Below the pieces are notes generated by a model, which saw only the letters and a program-made list of their open reading frames with translations, made no database searches and was not told where the DNA came from. Below are positions 18,498 to 29,900 of a stretch of 64,000 bases of DNA, one piece after another. The position numbers and the translations under genes were made by a program. The stretch covers positions 192,001 through 256,000 of the forward strand of contig CAVSZB010000008.1 in assembly GCA_963732385.1 (NCBI GenBank), read 5' to 3'. Each line of letters opens with the position of its first letter. The stretch's first letter is position 1. Source of the DNA: an uncultured bacterium. Its GTDB lineage: Bacteria > Krumholzibacteriota > Krumholzibacteriia > LZORAL124-64-63.

Positions 18498-20747
18498 ATG
18501 GCTGTCCGCGATCAGGATGCGCTCGACTATCATAGCCAGGGACGACCGGGCAAGACCGAGGTCGTGCCGACCAAGCCGTGCTTGACGGCCCGGGATCTTT
18601 CCCTCGCCTATACCCCCGGCGTGGCGATTCCCTGCCTTGAGATCGAAAAGAACCCCGCCGACGCCTATCGCTACACGAACAAGGGCAATCTGGTCGCGGT
18701 GATCTCGAACGGGACCGCCGTGCTCGGTCTGGGTGACATCGGAGCCATGGCCGGCAAACCGGTCATGGAGGGCAAGGGGGTCCTCTTCAAGCGCTTCGCG
18801 CACGTGGATGTGTTCGACATCGAAATCGACACGCATGACCCGCAGGAGGTCATCAAGTTCTGCCAGCTGATCGAGCCCACGCTCGGCGGCATCAACCTGG
18901 AGGACATCAAGGCTCCGGAGTGCTTCCTCATCGAGGAGACACTCAAGAAGACCATGAATATCCCGGTCTTCCACGATGACCAGCACGGCACGGCGATCAT
19001 TTCCGGCGCGGCTCTGATCAATGCCTGCAAGATCACCGGGCGCGACATCAAGTCGGTCAAGGTGGTCGTGAGCGGGGCCGGTGCGGCGGCGATCGCCTGC
19101 GCGAAGTTCTACGAGCGGCTCGGCGTCCCGCGCGCGAACTTCCTGCTCGTCGATACCAAGGGGGTCGTATTCAAGGGGCGCCAGGAGGGGATGAACCCCT
19201 ACAAGGAGTACTTCGCTCAGGACACGAAACGGCGCACGCTCGCCGAGGCGCTCAAGGACGCCGATGTCTTTCTCGGTCTTTCGGCCAAGGGGGTCATGTC
19301 GCAGGACATGGTGCGTTCGATGGCCAAGGATCCCATCATTTTCGCCATGGCCAATCCCGATCCCGAAATTACCTACGACGATGCCAAGGCTGCGCGCGCC
19401 GATGTCATCATGGCGACCGGACGCTCGGATTTTCCGAACCAGGTCAATAACGTGCTCGGTTTTCCCTTCATCTTCCGCGGGGCGCTCGACGTGCGCGCCA
19501 CGGCGATCAACGAAGAGATGAAAATGGCGGCTGCCCACGCCCTGGCCGAACTGGCGCGGCAGCCGGTGCCGGATCATGTCTGCGCGGCCTACGGCGGCCA
19601 GCGCTTCGAATTCGGGCGGGAGTACATCATCCCGAAGCCGTTCGATCCGCGCGTGCTGGTGTGGGAAACGCTCGCGGTGGCGAAGGCCGCCTGCGAGACC
19701 GGCGTGGCGCAGCAGCCGATCACCGACTGGGACGCCTACCGCGACCGGCTCGAGGGAATGATCAGCAAGAGCGTGCAGGTCATGCGGACCATCCGCATGA
19801 AGGCGCAGCGCGAGCGCCGGCGGGTGGTTTTCACCGAGGGCGACAACCTGCGGGTGGTCGAAGCGTGCCGTGGCATCCTGGACGAGAAACTGGCGCAGCC
19901 GATCCTGCTCGGCAAGGAGGCGCCGATCCGGGCGATGGCCGAGCAGCTCGGTATCGATCCCGCGGCGCTGACGATCGTCGATCCGGAAAATTCCCCGCAC
20001 AACGAGGTGTACGCGAAGGCGCTGTTCGAGTGGGCGGCGCGCAAGGGATACACGCTTCAGAAGGCGGCCGCCATGGTCACGCGGCCGCATCACCACGGCA
20101 TCATGATGCTGCGCTTCGGGCATGCCGACGGCATGGTGGCCGGAGGCGACCGTCCGTACGTGGACACCATCCGGCGTCTGCTGCCCCTGGTGGAGACGAA
20201 GCCGGGAGTGTCGCGGGCGGCCGGGATGCACGTCATGCTGGTCGAGGGCAAGGTGTTCATCTTCGCCGACACGACCATAAACGTGGAACCGGACGCGAAG
20301 CAGCTCGTCGAGATCTCGCTGCTGGCGGCCGAGGTTGCGCGCTACTTCAATCTGGAGCCGCGCGTGGCCCTGCTGTCGTTCTCGAACTTCGGCGACAACA
20401 AACACCCCAAGACCCGCCAGGTGCGCGAAGCGGTGGCGATCCTGCACCGCGATCATCCGGAGCTGATCGCCGATGGCGAGATGCACGGTGACGTGGCGGT
20501 GCTGCCGGAGTTCAGCGCCCTGAGCTTCCCGCACAGCCGGGTGCAGGGGCAGGCGAACGTGCTTATCTTTCCCGATCTGATGAGCGGAAATATCGCCTAC
20601 AAGCTGGTCGGCAACATCGGACGGCGCGAAGTCATCGGTCCGCTGCTGATCGGCCTGAAATACCCCATCAACGTGATTTCCTACAACTCCGACTTGCGCG
20701 AGATCGTCAACATGGCGGCGCTTTCGGCTTTCCAGGCCGGAAACTAA
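18498..20747 (+). CDS. maeB: NADP-dependent malic enzyme with PTA-like domain
   Basis: [58 protein letters not shown]. Confidence 0.95.
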   Translation: MAVRDQDALDYHSQGRPGKTEVVPTKPCLTARDLSLAYTPGVAIPCLEIEKNPADAYRYTNKGNLVAVISNGTAVLGLGDIGAMAGKPVMEGKGVLFKRFAHVDVFDIEIDTHDPQEVIKFCQLIEPTLGGINLEDIKAPECFLIEETLKKTMNIPVFHDDQHGTAIISGAALINACKITGRDIKSVKVVVSGAGAAAIACAKFYERLGVPRANFLLVDTKGVVFKGRQEGMNPYKEYFAQDTKRRTLAEALKDADVFLGLSAKGVMSQDMVRSMAKDPIIFAMANPDPEITYDDAKAARADVIMATGRSDFPNQVNNVLGFPFIFRGALDVRATAINEEMKMAAAHALAELARQPVPDHVCAAYGGQRFEFGREYIIPKPFDPRVLVWETLAVAKAACETGVAQQPITDWDAYRDRLEGMISKSVQVMRTIRMKAQRERRRVVFTEGDNLRVVEACRGILDEKLAQPILLGKEAPIRAMAEQLGIDPAALTIVDPENSPHNEVYAKALFEWAARKGYTLQKAAAMVTRPHHHGIMMLRFGHADGMVAGGDRPYVDTIRRLLPLVETKPGVSRAAGMHVMLVEGKVFIFADTTINVEPDAKQLVEISLLAAEVARYFNLEPRVALLSFSNFGDNKHPKTRQVREAVAILHRDHPELIADGEMHGDVAVLPEFSALSFPHSRVQGQANVLIFPDLMSGNIAYKLVGNIGRREVIGPLLIGLKYPINVISYNSDLREIVNMAALSAFQAGN

Positions 20748-20876
20748 TCCGCGTCGCTCGCGTATTGGGCAGCTTGTCGCCGGGGGGCGGCGACGGGGCA
20801 GGCTGAAGGGATGGGGGCCGGCGTCAGCCGGCCCCCGTGCCAATTTCGTACCCTACCCAAACAGGGGGCCGCGCGC

Positions 20877-21842
20877 ATGACGGACAAGCCGCACGCCGGG
20901 ACCGGTGTTCCGGTCCTCGAGGTGAAAGGCCTGCGCAAGGTCTTTGGCGATCTGGTCGCCGTGGACGGAATCTCCTTCGCGGTCGGCGAGGGGGAGATCT
21001 TCGGCTTCCTCGGTCCGAACGGGGCCGGCAAGACCACCGCCATCTCCATGATCTGCGGACTGCTCACCCCCACCGACGGCGAGATCCTTGTCGACGGCCG
21101 TCCGGCGCGCGAAAACCCTCGCGAGGTAAAACGCCGGCTCGGCGTGGTCCCGCAGGAGATCGCCCTGTACGAGGAGCTCTCGGCCCGCGAGAATCTCGAA
21201 TTCTGGGGCGGCATCTACGGCCTGCGCGGCGCCGACCTGCGGGCGCGGATCGCCAGGGTGCTCGACCAGGTCGGGCTGGGCGAGCGGGCGCGCGAGCCGA
21301 TCAAGAACTTTTCCGGCGGCATGAAGCGGCGATTGAACCTGGCGATGGGCCTGATCCACGATCCGCGGCTGATCCTGCTCGACGAGCCGACCGTGGGCAT
21401 CGATCCCCAGGCGCGGCACAACATCCTCGAGGTTGTGCGCGACGTGGTGCGCGCCGGGCGGACGGTCCTCTACACGACGCATTACCTGGAGGAGGCCGAG
21501 TCGCTCTGCGACCGGCTGGCGATCATCGATCACGGACGCATCCTCGCGCAGGGCACGGTGGCGGAACTCAAGGCGCAACTCGGCGAGGGGAGTCTGCTGA
21601 CGCTTCAGGGCGGCTTTACCGCGGCCCGGTTGGGCGATGTCGTGGCGCAGATCGACGGCCTCGCCCCGCTCGAAGTGGCCGACGGCCGGGCGCTGTTGCT
21701 CGTGGCGCGCGCCAGCGCCGGGGTCGGCCACGCGCTGGAGTCGCTCTACCGTGCGGATCTGCACATCGAGGGAGTCACGATCAAGGAACCCAGCCTCGAG
21801 GACCTGTTCCTCAAGCTCACGGGCCGGGAACTGAGGGATTGA
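20877..21842 (+). CDS. ABC-2 exporter ATP-binding subunit
   Basis: GPNGAGKT, FSGGMKRR, LLDEPT, TTHY, PSLEDLFL. Confidence 0.93.
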   Translation: MTDKPHAGTGVPVLEVKGLRKVFGDLVAVDGISFAVGEGEIFGFLGPNGAGKTTAISMICGLLTPTDGEILVDGRPARENPREVKRRLGVVPQEIALYEELSARENLEFWGGIYGLRGADLRARIARVLDQVGLGERAREPIKNFSGGMKRRLNLAMGLIHDPRLILLDEPTVGIDPQARHNILEVVRDVVRAGRTVLYTTHYLEEAESLCDRLAIIDHGRILAQGTVAELKAQLGEGSLLTLQGGFTAARLGDVVAQIDGLAPLEVADGRALLLVARASAGVGHALESLYRADLHIEGVTIKEPSLEDLFLKLTGRELRD

Positions 21843-23089
21843 TGCTCGGCTTCATCCGCAAGGACCTTATCCGCCGCTGGCGCAGCCCGGCCGCCACCCT
21901 GGCGATGATCGCTTTTCCGCTCTTCATGAGCGGGATGATCGGCATGGTGAGCGGGGGCGGCGGGAGCGATGAAGAACAGTTCCCCCCCATCAAGGTCCTT
22001 CTGGAAGATCGCGATGGCGGTCTGCTCACCGAGTTCCTCAAGGGCGCCATGGGTCGCGAAGAGGTCAGGAAGCGCCTGGAGGTTACGTTGGTCGGGGTGG
22101 AGGGGCGCGCCCGCATGGAAAAGGGCGAGGCCTCGGCCCTGGTGATCTTCCCCGAGCGGTTCACCGACGATCTGCTGGCGGGGCGTCCGGCGCAGATCGA
22201 AGTCGTGCGCAACCCCGCCGAGGGGATCTCGCCGGAAATCGTGGATCAGGGCGTGCAGGCGCTGGCCGCCTATCTCGACCAGCTGCAGCGGCTGCTCGGG
22301 TCCGAACTCGACAGCCTGCGCACCCTGCTCGACGCCGACCAGTTTCCCGCCTCGACCACCGTCGGCGCCCTGGCCATGGCCGTCAATGACCGGTTGCGCG
22401 CTCTCGACCGCTACCTCTTTCCGCCGTTGATCAAGGTCGAAAGCGTGAAGCAGGCGAAGGCTCCGGTGGAGGATCGCTTCAACGTCTACGGCTATATCCT
22501 GATCATGACGACGGTGATGGCGCTGCTGTTCGTGGCGGCGCGCTCGGTGGGCGACCTGTTCGAGGAGCGCAAGAGCGGCATGCTGCGCCGCCAGCTGGCG
22601 TCGCCGGCCGATCTGCGGCTGATCGTGGGCGCGAAGATCGTTTTCGGCATGGTCTTCGGGCTGCTGCTGCTGGGCCTGCTGGCGGCGATCGGTCTCGCGC
22701 TGCGCTGGCTCAAGCCGCCCATCGATATCTTCGCTTCGCTGTCGCTTGGCGGGACCTTCAGTCTGGCGGCGTGCGGCGTGCTGTCTCTGGTCTTTGCGCT
22801 GGTGCGTACGGAGAAGCAGGCCGGCATCCTGGGCTGGCTCGTGATCATGGGGATGAGCGCGCTCGGCGGCAGCATGATCAACATTGAAAACATGCCGCCC
22901 GCCATGCGCAGCCTGTCGCCCTTCACGCTCAACTACTGGGTCATCGACGGTTTCAAGCAGGTGGTGTTCGGCGGCGCGCATCTGGGGGACGTGACGAAGC
23001 ACGTGGCGATCCTGGCCGGAGCCGGCGTGGCGACCGCCCTGGCCGGCTACGGGCTGCTGCTGCGGCGGTCGCGGGAGGTGAAGGCATGA
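21842..23089 (+). CDS. ABC-2 exporter permease
   Basis: Overlapping start; N-terminal TM, periplasmic domain, EERKSGMLRR, C-terminal TMs. Confidence 0.85.
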   Translation: MLGFIRKDLIRRWRSPAATLAMIAFPLFMSGMIGMVSGGGGSDEEQFPPIKVLLEDRDGGLLTEFLKGAMGREEVRKRLEVTLVGVEGRARMEKGEASALVIFPERFTDDLLAGRPAQIEVVRNPAEGISPEIVDQGVQALAAYLDQLQRLLGSELDSLRTLLDADQFPASTTVGALAMAVNDRLRALDRYLFPPLIKVESVKQAKAPVEDRFNVYGYILIMTTVMALLFVAARSVGDLFEERKSGMLRRQLASPADLRLIVGAKIVFGMVFGLLLLGLLAAIGLALRWLKPPIDIFASLSLGGTFSLAACGVLSLVFALVRTEKQAGILGWLVIMGMSALGGSMINIENMPPAMRSLSPFTLNYWVIDGFKQVVFGGAHLGDVTKHVAILAGAGVATALAGYGLLLRRSREVKA

Positions 23090-24276
23090 GGCGTGTCCTG
23101 CATCTCGCCCTGCACGACACGCGGCTGTTCGTGCTGGCCCGCGAGTCGCTCTTCTTCATGTTCGCCATGCCGGTCCTGTTCATGCTCTTCTTCGCTTCGG
23201 TGTTCGGCGGCGGCGGCCCACGGCCGATCATGGTCGCGCTGCCGGTGGTGAACGACGACTCCGGCTGGCTCGGCAGCGCCTTCGTGCGGCAGCTCGAAGG
23301 CGAGCACTTCGAAGTGAAGCTCCTGACGGCGGCCGCCGCGGACAGCGCGCAGCCTCCACGCCTGGTGCGGGTGCCCGCGGATTTCACGGCGCGGATCCTG
23401 GCCGGGGAGCAGGTGTCTCTGCGCGTCGAGAAGGCCGCGCGCAGCGATGCGGAGTTTGATCTGGCCGCGGATGTCCGGCTGAACCGCGCGCAGGTCGGCT
23501 TCCTCGGGAACCTGATCCGCTGGGACGGCGAGCGGGGGGCGGGCGGGGCCGCGGAAATTGTGATCGCCCCGGAGGCGCGCGAGCGTCTGCTGGCGCTGAT
23601 CGCGGAGCCGGCCCGGGTCACCGTGAAGTCGGGCGTGGCCGGACGCGGGCGACCGGTGCCCAGCGGCGCGGGACAGTCCATTCCTGGTATGTTGGCGATG
23701 TTCGTGGTGATGACGACCCTGATCGGAGGAGCCGAGTCGCTCACCCGCGAGAAGCACGCCGGCACGCTGGCCCGCCTGGCCACCACGCCCTTCTCCCGCG
23801 GGGAGATCCTGGGCGGCAAGCTGTTGCACCTGACGCTGGTGGCGATTTTCCAGGCACTCGTGCTCATGGCCGCGGGGGAGGCGATCGGCCGCTTCCACGT
23901 TTTCGGCATCAGCTTCAGCTGGGGCGCGGACTGGCCGTCGGTAGTGCTGTTGCTGGTGCCTTACGGCTTTGCCGTGGGCTGCCTGACGCTTTTCGTGAGC
24001 GGACTGTTCCGCACGACCCAGCAGGCGGAGAGCCTTGGCTGGCTGGCCGGCATGGTGATGGCGGCGCTGGGCGGCTGCTGGTGGCCGATCGAGATCATGC
24101 CGCCGGCGGTGCGCGCCATCGCGCACGCCTTCCCCACTTTCTGGGCCATGCAGGGTCTGCACGGGGTCATCACTTTCGGGCACGGGCCGCTCGCCGTGGT
24201 GCGCCCGGCCGCGATCCTCGTGCTGTTCGGAATCGGGTTCGGTCTGCTGGGGCGGCGCACCATGCAGTTGTCCTGA
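23086..24276 (+). CDS. ABC-2 exporter permease
   Basis: ATGA overlap; EKHAGTLARL..P, GK, LGGCWWP, PTFWAM. Confidence 0.87.
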   Translation: MRRVLHLALHDTRLFVLARESLFFMFAMPVLFMLFFASVFGGGGPRPIMVALPVVNDDSGWLGSAFVRQLEGEHFEVKLLTAAAADSAQPPRLVRVPADFTARILAGEQVSLRVEKAARSDAEFDLAADVRLNRAQVGFLGNLIRWDGERGAGGAAEIVIAPEARERLLALIAEPARVTVKSGVAGRGRPVPSGAGQSIPGMLAMFVVMTTLIGGAESLTREKHAGTLARLATTPFSRGEILGGKLLHLTLVAIFQALVLMAAGEAIGRFHVFGISFSWGADWPSVVLLLVPYGFAVGCLTLFVSGLFRTTQQAESLGWLAGMVMAALGGCWWPIEIMPPAVRAIAHAFPTFWAMQGLHGVITFGHGPLAVVRPAAILVLFGIGFGLLGRRTMQLS

Positions 24277-24316
24277 CGGGCAGTGACGGGTCGCGCGGCG
24301 GCCGCCGGGAGGGTTC

Positions 24317-25717
24317 ATGCGCGAATTCGATGTGGTCGTGATCGGTGGCGGCCCCGCCGGCGAGCGGGCCGCCATCCAGGCCTCCCGCGCCGGCAAGCGG
24401 ACGGCGCTGGTTGAGCGCTTCACCGAGGTCGGCGGCACCGGCGTGAACTGGGGCGCCATTCCCAGCAAGACGCTGCGCGAGAGCGCGCTGTTCGTGCACG
24501 GGCTCACCCTCGCCAGGCTCGATGCCATCCGCTGCGAGCTGGACGGCGAAATCACCATTGGCGACTTCATGCATCGTGAGCGGATGGTCGTCCAGCGGGA
24601 ACTGGAACTGATCCACCGGGCGCTCCGGAAATACGGGGTGGAGCTGTTGCGGGGGCACGGGCGCTTTGTCGATCCGCACACGGTGGCGGTCGAGCGCCCG
24701 GACGGGGAGACACTGCTGCTGCGCGGCGGAGTGATCGTCATCGCCACGGGGTCGAGCCCGAACCACCCGGCTGACGTCGACTTCGACGCGGAGACGGTCT
24801 TCGACAGCGCCAGCATTCTGCGTCTGCCGTGGATGCCGCGGTCGATGATCGTGCTCGGCGCCGGGGTGATCGGCATCGAGTATGCCTCGATCTTCGCGGC
24901 CCTGGGCATCGTTGTGACGCTCATCGACACCCGCGACCTCCTGCTGCCCTATGTCGATCGCGAAATCGTCGGCATCCTGCAAAGCGAGCTGGGCCGTCTC
25001 GGCATCACGATCCTGGGCGGCGTCAGCCACCGACGGATCGAGCGTCTTCCTGGCGAGCCGCCCCGCGTGCGCTGCCTGCTGAGCGACGGGCGCGAGTGCG
25101 CGGCCGACGTGCTGCTGTACTGCGTGGGACGTGATGGCAACACGTCCGACATGGGACTCGAGCAGGCCGGACTGGCGCCCGACTCCCGGGGGCTGATCGA
25201 GGTCGACGCGCAGTACCGGACGTCGATGCCGCACATCTACGCGGTCGGCGACGTGATCGGCTACCCGGCGCTCGCCTCGACTTCGATGGAGCAGGGGCGT
25301 CAGGCGATCCGCAACGCCTTCGGGTTGCGCGGCCCGCGCGGGCAGACCGACATGCTGCCGTTCGCCATCTACTCCATTCCCGAGGTAAGCTACATCGGCG
25401 ATACGGAGGAGACGCTGGCGGAAAAGGGCGAGCCGTACGTGGTCGGGCGGGGACGCTACGAACTCAACCCGCGCGGCCAGATCCTCGGCGCCACGGGCGG
25501 CCTGCTCAAACTGCTGTTCCGTGCCGACTCGCTGCAACTGGCCGGCGTGCACATTGTGGGGCATGCCGCCAGCGAACTGGTCCACATCGGGCAGGCCTTC
25601 CTGGATTGCGGCGCGGACGCGCTGTGCATCGCGGAAACCCTCTACAATTATCCCACCCTTTCCGACCTGTACCGGCACGCGGCCCTGGAGGCGCTCCAGG
25701 CCTCCGGGAAGCGCTGA
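24317..25717 (+). CDS. sthA: Soluble Si-specific NAD(P)+ transhydrogenase
   Basis: IGGGPAG, GAIPSKTLRE (no redox dithiol), GAGVIGIEYA, GDVIGYPALAS, NYPTL. Confidence 0.88.
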   Translation: MREFDVVVIGGGPAGERAAIQASRAGKRTALVERFTEVGGTGVNWGAIPSKTLRESALFVHGLTLARLDAIRCELDGEITIGDFMHRERMVVQRELELIHRALRKYGVELLRGHGRFVDPHTVAVERPDGETLLLRGGVIVIATGSSPNHPADVDFDAETVFDSASILRLPWMPRSMIVLGAGVIGIEYASIFAALGIVVTLIDTRDLLLPYVDREIVGILQSELGRLGITILGGVSHRRIERLPGEPPRVRCLLSDGRECAADVLLYCVGRDGNTSDMGLEQAGLAPDSRGLIEVDAQYRTSMPHIYAVGDVIGYPALASTSMEQGRQAIRNAFGLRGPRGQTDMLPFAIYSIPEVSYIGDTEETLAEKGEPYVVGRGRYELNPRGQILGATGGLLKLLFRADSLQLAGVHIVGHAASELVHIGQAFLDCGADALCIAETLYNYPTLSDLYRHAALEALQASGKR

Positions 25718-25835
25718 CTCAAGTTTTCGCCACCACCGCCGAAAGCGCAGGAGCAGGATCGCTCCCTGTGCGTGGTGTCTGCGGTGCGCGTTGGGGCGGC
25801 TCTGAGGTGTCCTGGCGCGATCGGGGGTTGGGACG

Positions 25836-26963
25836 ATGCCTTACCGGCTGCTCCTGGTGGATGACGACGAGGACCTGCTCGCCTCGATGCGGCGGCTGTT
25901 GCGGCGCGAGTCGGACTTCGTCCTGCAGACGGCCGCCGGCGGCGTGCCAGCGCTCGCAGCGCTCGACTCCTGGCGACCTGACCTCGTGCTGCTCGACGTC
26001 CAGATGCAGGGCATGAGCGGCCACGAAGTGTGCCGTCTCATCCGGGCCCACGCCTGCCACCGGTTCCTCAAGGTCATCCTGGTGTCCGGACGGTCCGACA
26101 CCACCGACCGGCTGGCCGGCTATGTCGCCGGCGCGGACGACTTCCTCAGCAAACCGTTCGACCGGGACGAGTTGCTGGCGAAGGTGCGGGTGTTCGCGCG
26201 GCTGAAACACGCGGAGGAGATCGACGAGATCAAGGGCAGTCTGCTGACCCTCTTTGCGCACGAGACCCGCACGCCGCTTACCGCGATCCTTGGCGCCGCC
26301 GAAATGCTGCTGGCCGATCCCGCCTGCGCGGGTCCGCAGCACGAGATGCTGACGGTGATCCGTGACAGCGGGCGAAGGCTCAACCAGTTCGCCCAAAAGA
26401 CGCTCCGGCTCTGCCAGCTCAAGGGATCGCTGCCTCTGCACCCGACCCGCGAGTCGGTGGCGACCCGGCTGGCAGGGTTGGTGCAGCGCAGCGCGGACAA
26501 TGCAGCGGCGCGGGAGGTGCGGGTGACCGTCGACGCGGATTCCGATCTCCTGCTGACGACGGACTGGACGCTGCTCGATGAGGCGCTTGGCCACGTGCTT
26601 CATAACGCCGTGCGCGTGACGCCGGCGAACGGACAGGTCCGGTTGCAGGCGGAGACGGCCGGCTCGCGCGTGGTCATCCGCGTGGCTGACGGAGGTCCGG
26701 GAGTGCCGAGCTGCTGGCGCGCGCGACTGTTCGACGAGTTCGCCGTGCAGGACCTGCTGCATCACCACAGTGGCCAGGGGCTGAGCCTGGCCATTGCGCG
26801 GGTCGCCATCGAGTCCCTCGGCGGCGGCATCATGGCGGGCGACGCGCCGGGCGGCGGCGCCATGATCACCCTGGATCTGCCGAGCGCAGTCATTTCTCCG
26901 GCCGCCATGGGCGGCGAGACCGTTGTGGCGCGGACTCCTGCGGAGCCGTGCACGGTCAGATAA
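25836..26963 (+). CDS. REC-histidine kinase hybrid
   Basis: LLVDDD, LLDVQM, GADDFLSKP, AHETRTPL, NAV, DGGPG, GQGLSL. Confidence 0.88.
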   Translation: MPYRLLLVDDDEDLLASMRRLLRRESDFVLQTAAGGVPALAALDSWRPDLVLLDVQMQGMSGHEVCRLIRAHACHRFLKVILVSGRSDTTDRLAGYVAGADDFLSKPFDRDELLAKVRVFARLKHAEEIDEIKGSLLTLFAHETRTPLTAILGAAEMLLADPACAGPQHEMLTVIRDSGRRLNQFAQKTLRLCQLKGSLPLHPTRESVATRLAGLVQRSADNAAAREVRVTVDADSDLLLTTDWTLLDEALGHVLHNAVRVTPANGQVRLQAETAGSRVVIRVADGGPGVPSCWRARLFDEFAVQDLLHHHSGQGLSLAIARVAIESLGGGIMAGDAPGGGAMITLDLPSAVISPAAMGGETVVARTPAEPCTVR

Positions 26964-29900
26964 CCGCCAATTCTTCTGCCGTCACCGAGAGCGCGCCGTG
27001 GTCGTTTTCGACGCGACCGGTCACCAGGTATGGGCCGCGTGTGAGCAGCAGTCGGCCGTACTGCTGGTAGACGCGCGGGAACAGCGTCACCTCGCACAGC
27101 GCTGTTTCGTCCTCGAGGGTGAGGAATTTCATCCGCTCCCCTGTTTTGCGCACGTGCGCCGGTTTGGCGCAGACAAGCAGACCCGCCACTTTCACCCGAC
27201 GGCCGGCACAGGCGGGCAGATCGGCGGCCGAAACGGCGCCCAGGCCGCACAGCATCCGGCGCAGGGACGCCAGCGGGTGGGCGCTCGGGGTGAGGTCGAG
27301 CAGGTCGAGTTCGTGCTGCAGTTTCTCGGCGGGGGTGAAGTCGGCGAGGGCGGGGTGCGAGGGGGGAGGAAGGGTGCGGTCGCGGGCGATGAGGGGGAGG
27401 GGGAAAAGGGTGGGGGGGGGAGAGGGCGGGGAGAGCGGTGCCTCGGCGGCGGTGGGCGACAATGGGGACAGGGAGCGTTGGGCGCAGGCTGCGGAGGTGG
27501 TGCGGACTGCGGATACGGTTGGGGCGTAGGAAGCTGCGGATTCCGCGCTTCGCGCGGGGTGCGCGGCGCAGGAGGAGCGGGCGTAGACGCGGCTCCCGCC
27601 GGACCGCCCCCCCTCCCGGCCGCGTAGCAGCGTATGTCGCCACAGCAACTCCGGCCGTGAGTCACCGAGGCCGTCACATGCGCCACAGCGAATCAGATTG
27701 TCCACTTCGGGACGGTTCAGTTCCGGCACGCGCGCGAGCAGCTCATCGAGCGAGCCGAACGGGCCGCCGGCGCGCCGCGCGGCGAGCAGGGCGGCGCGGG
27801 CGCGGTGCGTGAGACCGCGCACGCGGGCGAGTCCGATGCGCACGGCGCCGTCGCCGCCGGTGTAGCCGTCGGCGCTCTCGTTGACGTGTGGCAGCAGTAG
27901 CCGCAGGCCGAGTCGCCGCGCCTCCTCGAGGTAGGTGGCGGCGGTGTAGTAGCCGCCACCGTTATCGAGCACCGCGGCCATGAACTCGGCCGGGTAGTGC
28001 GCCTTCAGCCAGGCGGACTGGAAGGAGAGGATGGCGTAGCTGGCGGAGTGCGCCTTGCAGAAGGCGTAGCCGGCGAAGGTGCTGATCTGGCGCCAGATTT
28101 CCGCGATTCCCTCCGCGCCGACCAGCGCGGCCGCGCCGGTTCGCCGTGCCCCGTCCAGGAAGCGGTCCCTGAGGGCCAGGAAGTCGGCCGGATCCCCTTT
28201 GAAGCTCATCGCCCGGCGCATCACGTCGGCTTCGCCCAGCGACATGCCGGCCACCGCGGCGAGCGTCCGCATGACGTCTTCCTGGTAGATCATCACGCCG
28301 TGGGTCTCGCGCAGGAACGTGAGCGCTGGGTGGGGCAGGACCGTCGGCTCGATTCCGAGGTGGCGTTGCACGAACGCGCGCCCCATGCCGCTGTCGGACG
28401 GACCGGGGCGGATCACGCTGCTTGCCGCCACCACCACCGGGAAGGTGTCGGCCTTGAGTCGGCGCAGGAGCGAGCGCATGCCGGGAGATTCGACGTAGAA
28501 GCAGCCGAGGGTATTTCCCTCGCGCAGCAGGCGACGGGTGGCGGGGTCGTCGTCGGGCAGGTGGCCGAAGTCGAAGGTGACGCTGTGGCGCCGCGCGATC
28601 GCACGGGCGGTGTCGGTGATCACGGCCAGCCCGCGCTGCGACAGGATGTCGATCTTCACGAGGCCGAGCGCCTCGACCGCGTACATGTCCATCTGGCTGA
28701 CGAGGATCCCCTTGCGCGCCCACTGCAGCGGAAACAGGCGCGTGAGCGGCTCGCGGCCGATGACGAGTCCGCCGGCGTGGATGCCGAGATGGCGGGGGAA
28801 GCCGTTCAATTGCCCCGCCGCCCGCAGGAGCGACTGCCACGGCTCGCGGTGCAGCGGCAGGCCCGCCGCTTCGGGCACTTCGGCGATGACGCCGGGATCC
28901 TCGAGCGCGCGGCGCGGCAGACGGCGGCTGATGGCGCCGATCTCGCGGTCGCCGTACCCCTGCGCCTTCGCTGCTTCGCGGAAGGCGGAGCGGGCGCTGA
29001 AGCGGTTCAGGTTGCAGATCATCGTCGTGCGGTCGCGCCCGTACTTGCGGGTGATCCAGGCGAGGACCGCGTCGCGGTCCTTCCAGCCGAAGTCGAGGTC
29101 GATGTCGGGCGGCGACACCCGTTCCGGGTTGAGGAAGCGCTCGAAGTAGAGATCGTGGGTGAGGGGGTCGACATGCGTGATGCCCAGCGCGTAGGAGACG
29201 AGCGCGTTCGCCGCCGACCCCCGTCCCACCGAGGGGATCCCCTCGCTGTTCGCGTGGCGGACGATGTCCTCGACGATGAGGAAGTAGCCGGCGAAGCCGA
29301 GCTTCGCCACGACCGCCAGCTCCCGGTCGAGCCGCTCGCGCGCCGCGTCCGGCACGGGGCCGCGGTAGCGCCGTTCGAGCCCCTCGCGGCAGAGGCGGGC
29401 GAGGCGGGCGCCGGCGTCCTCGCCGGGCGGCAGCGGGAACTCGGGATAGCGCCAGCGCCCCAGTTCGTGGCGGAAGCGGCAGGCGTCGGCGATCGCCTCG
29501 GTCTCGGTGCAGGCGCGCGGAAACTCGGAGAGCAGGATCTCCATCTCGACCGGCGGGCGCAGCCAGCCGCCGGCCGGCGCACAGGCTGTCTCGTCCACGC
29601 TGTCGAGCGTGTGGCCGGTGCGGATGGCGGTGAGAAGCCGCTGCAGCGCGAGCCCTCCCGGCGCTGCCGCGTAGATGTCGCCCCCGGCCGCGATTGGCAC
29701 CTGCTTCGCCGCGGCCCACTGCGCGAGACGGCGCAGGCGCCGCATGACCGGCCCCGCCTGCCCTCCGGCGGTGACGAGCAGCACCCGCAGGGTGTCTCCG
29801 AGCGCCGCCAGGTCGCCCGGCCGGGCGGTGAGTGCGGCGAGCAGCTCCTCGGAGTCGGTCAGGCAGAACAGCCGCCCCGGCCCGCCGTCCGCGTGCGCGC

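Noticed and set aside
17289..20843. 1184-aa minus-strand ORF
   Set aside because: Antisense shadow of maeB, which carries all family motifs on the plus strand
27340..27625. Possible intein in DnaE2
   Set aside because: No C/S...HN-C/S/T splice motifs; the insert is low-complexity linker
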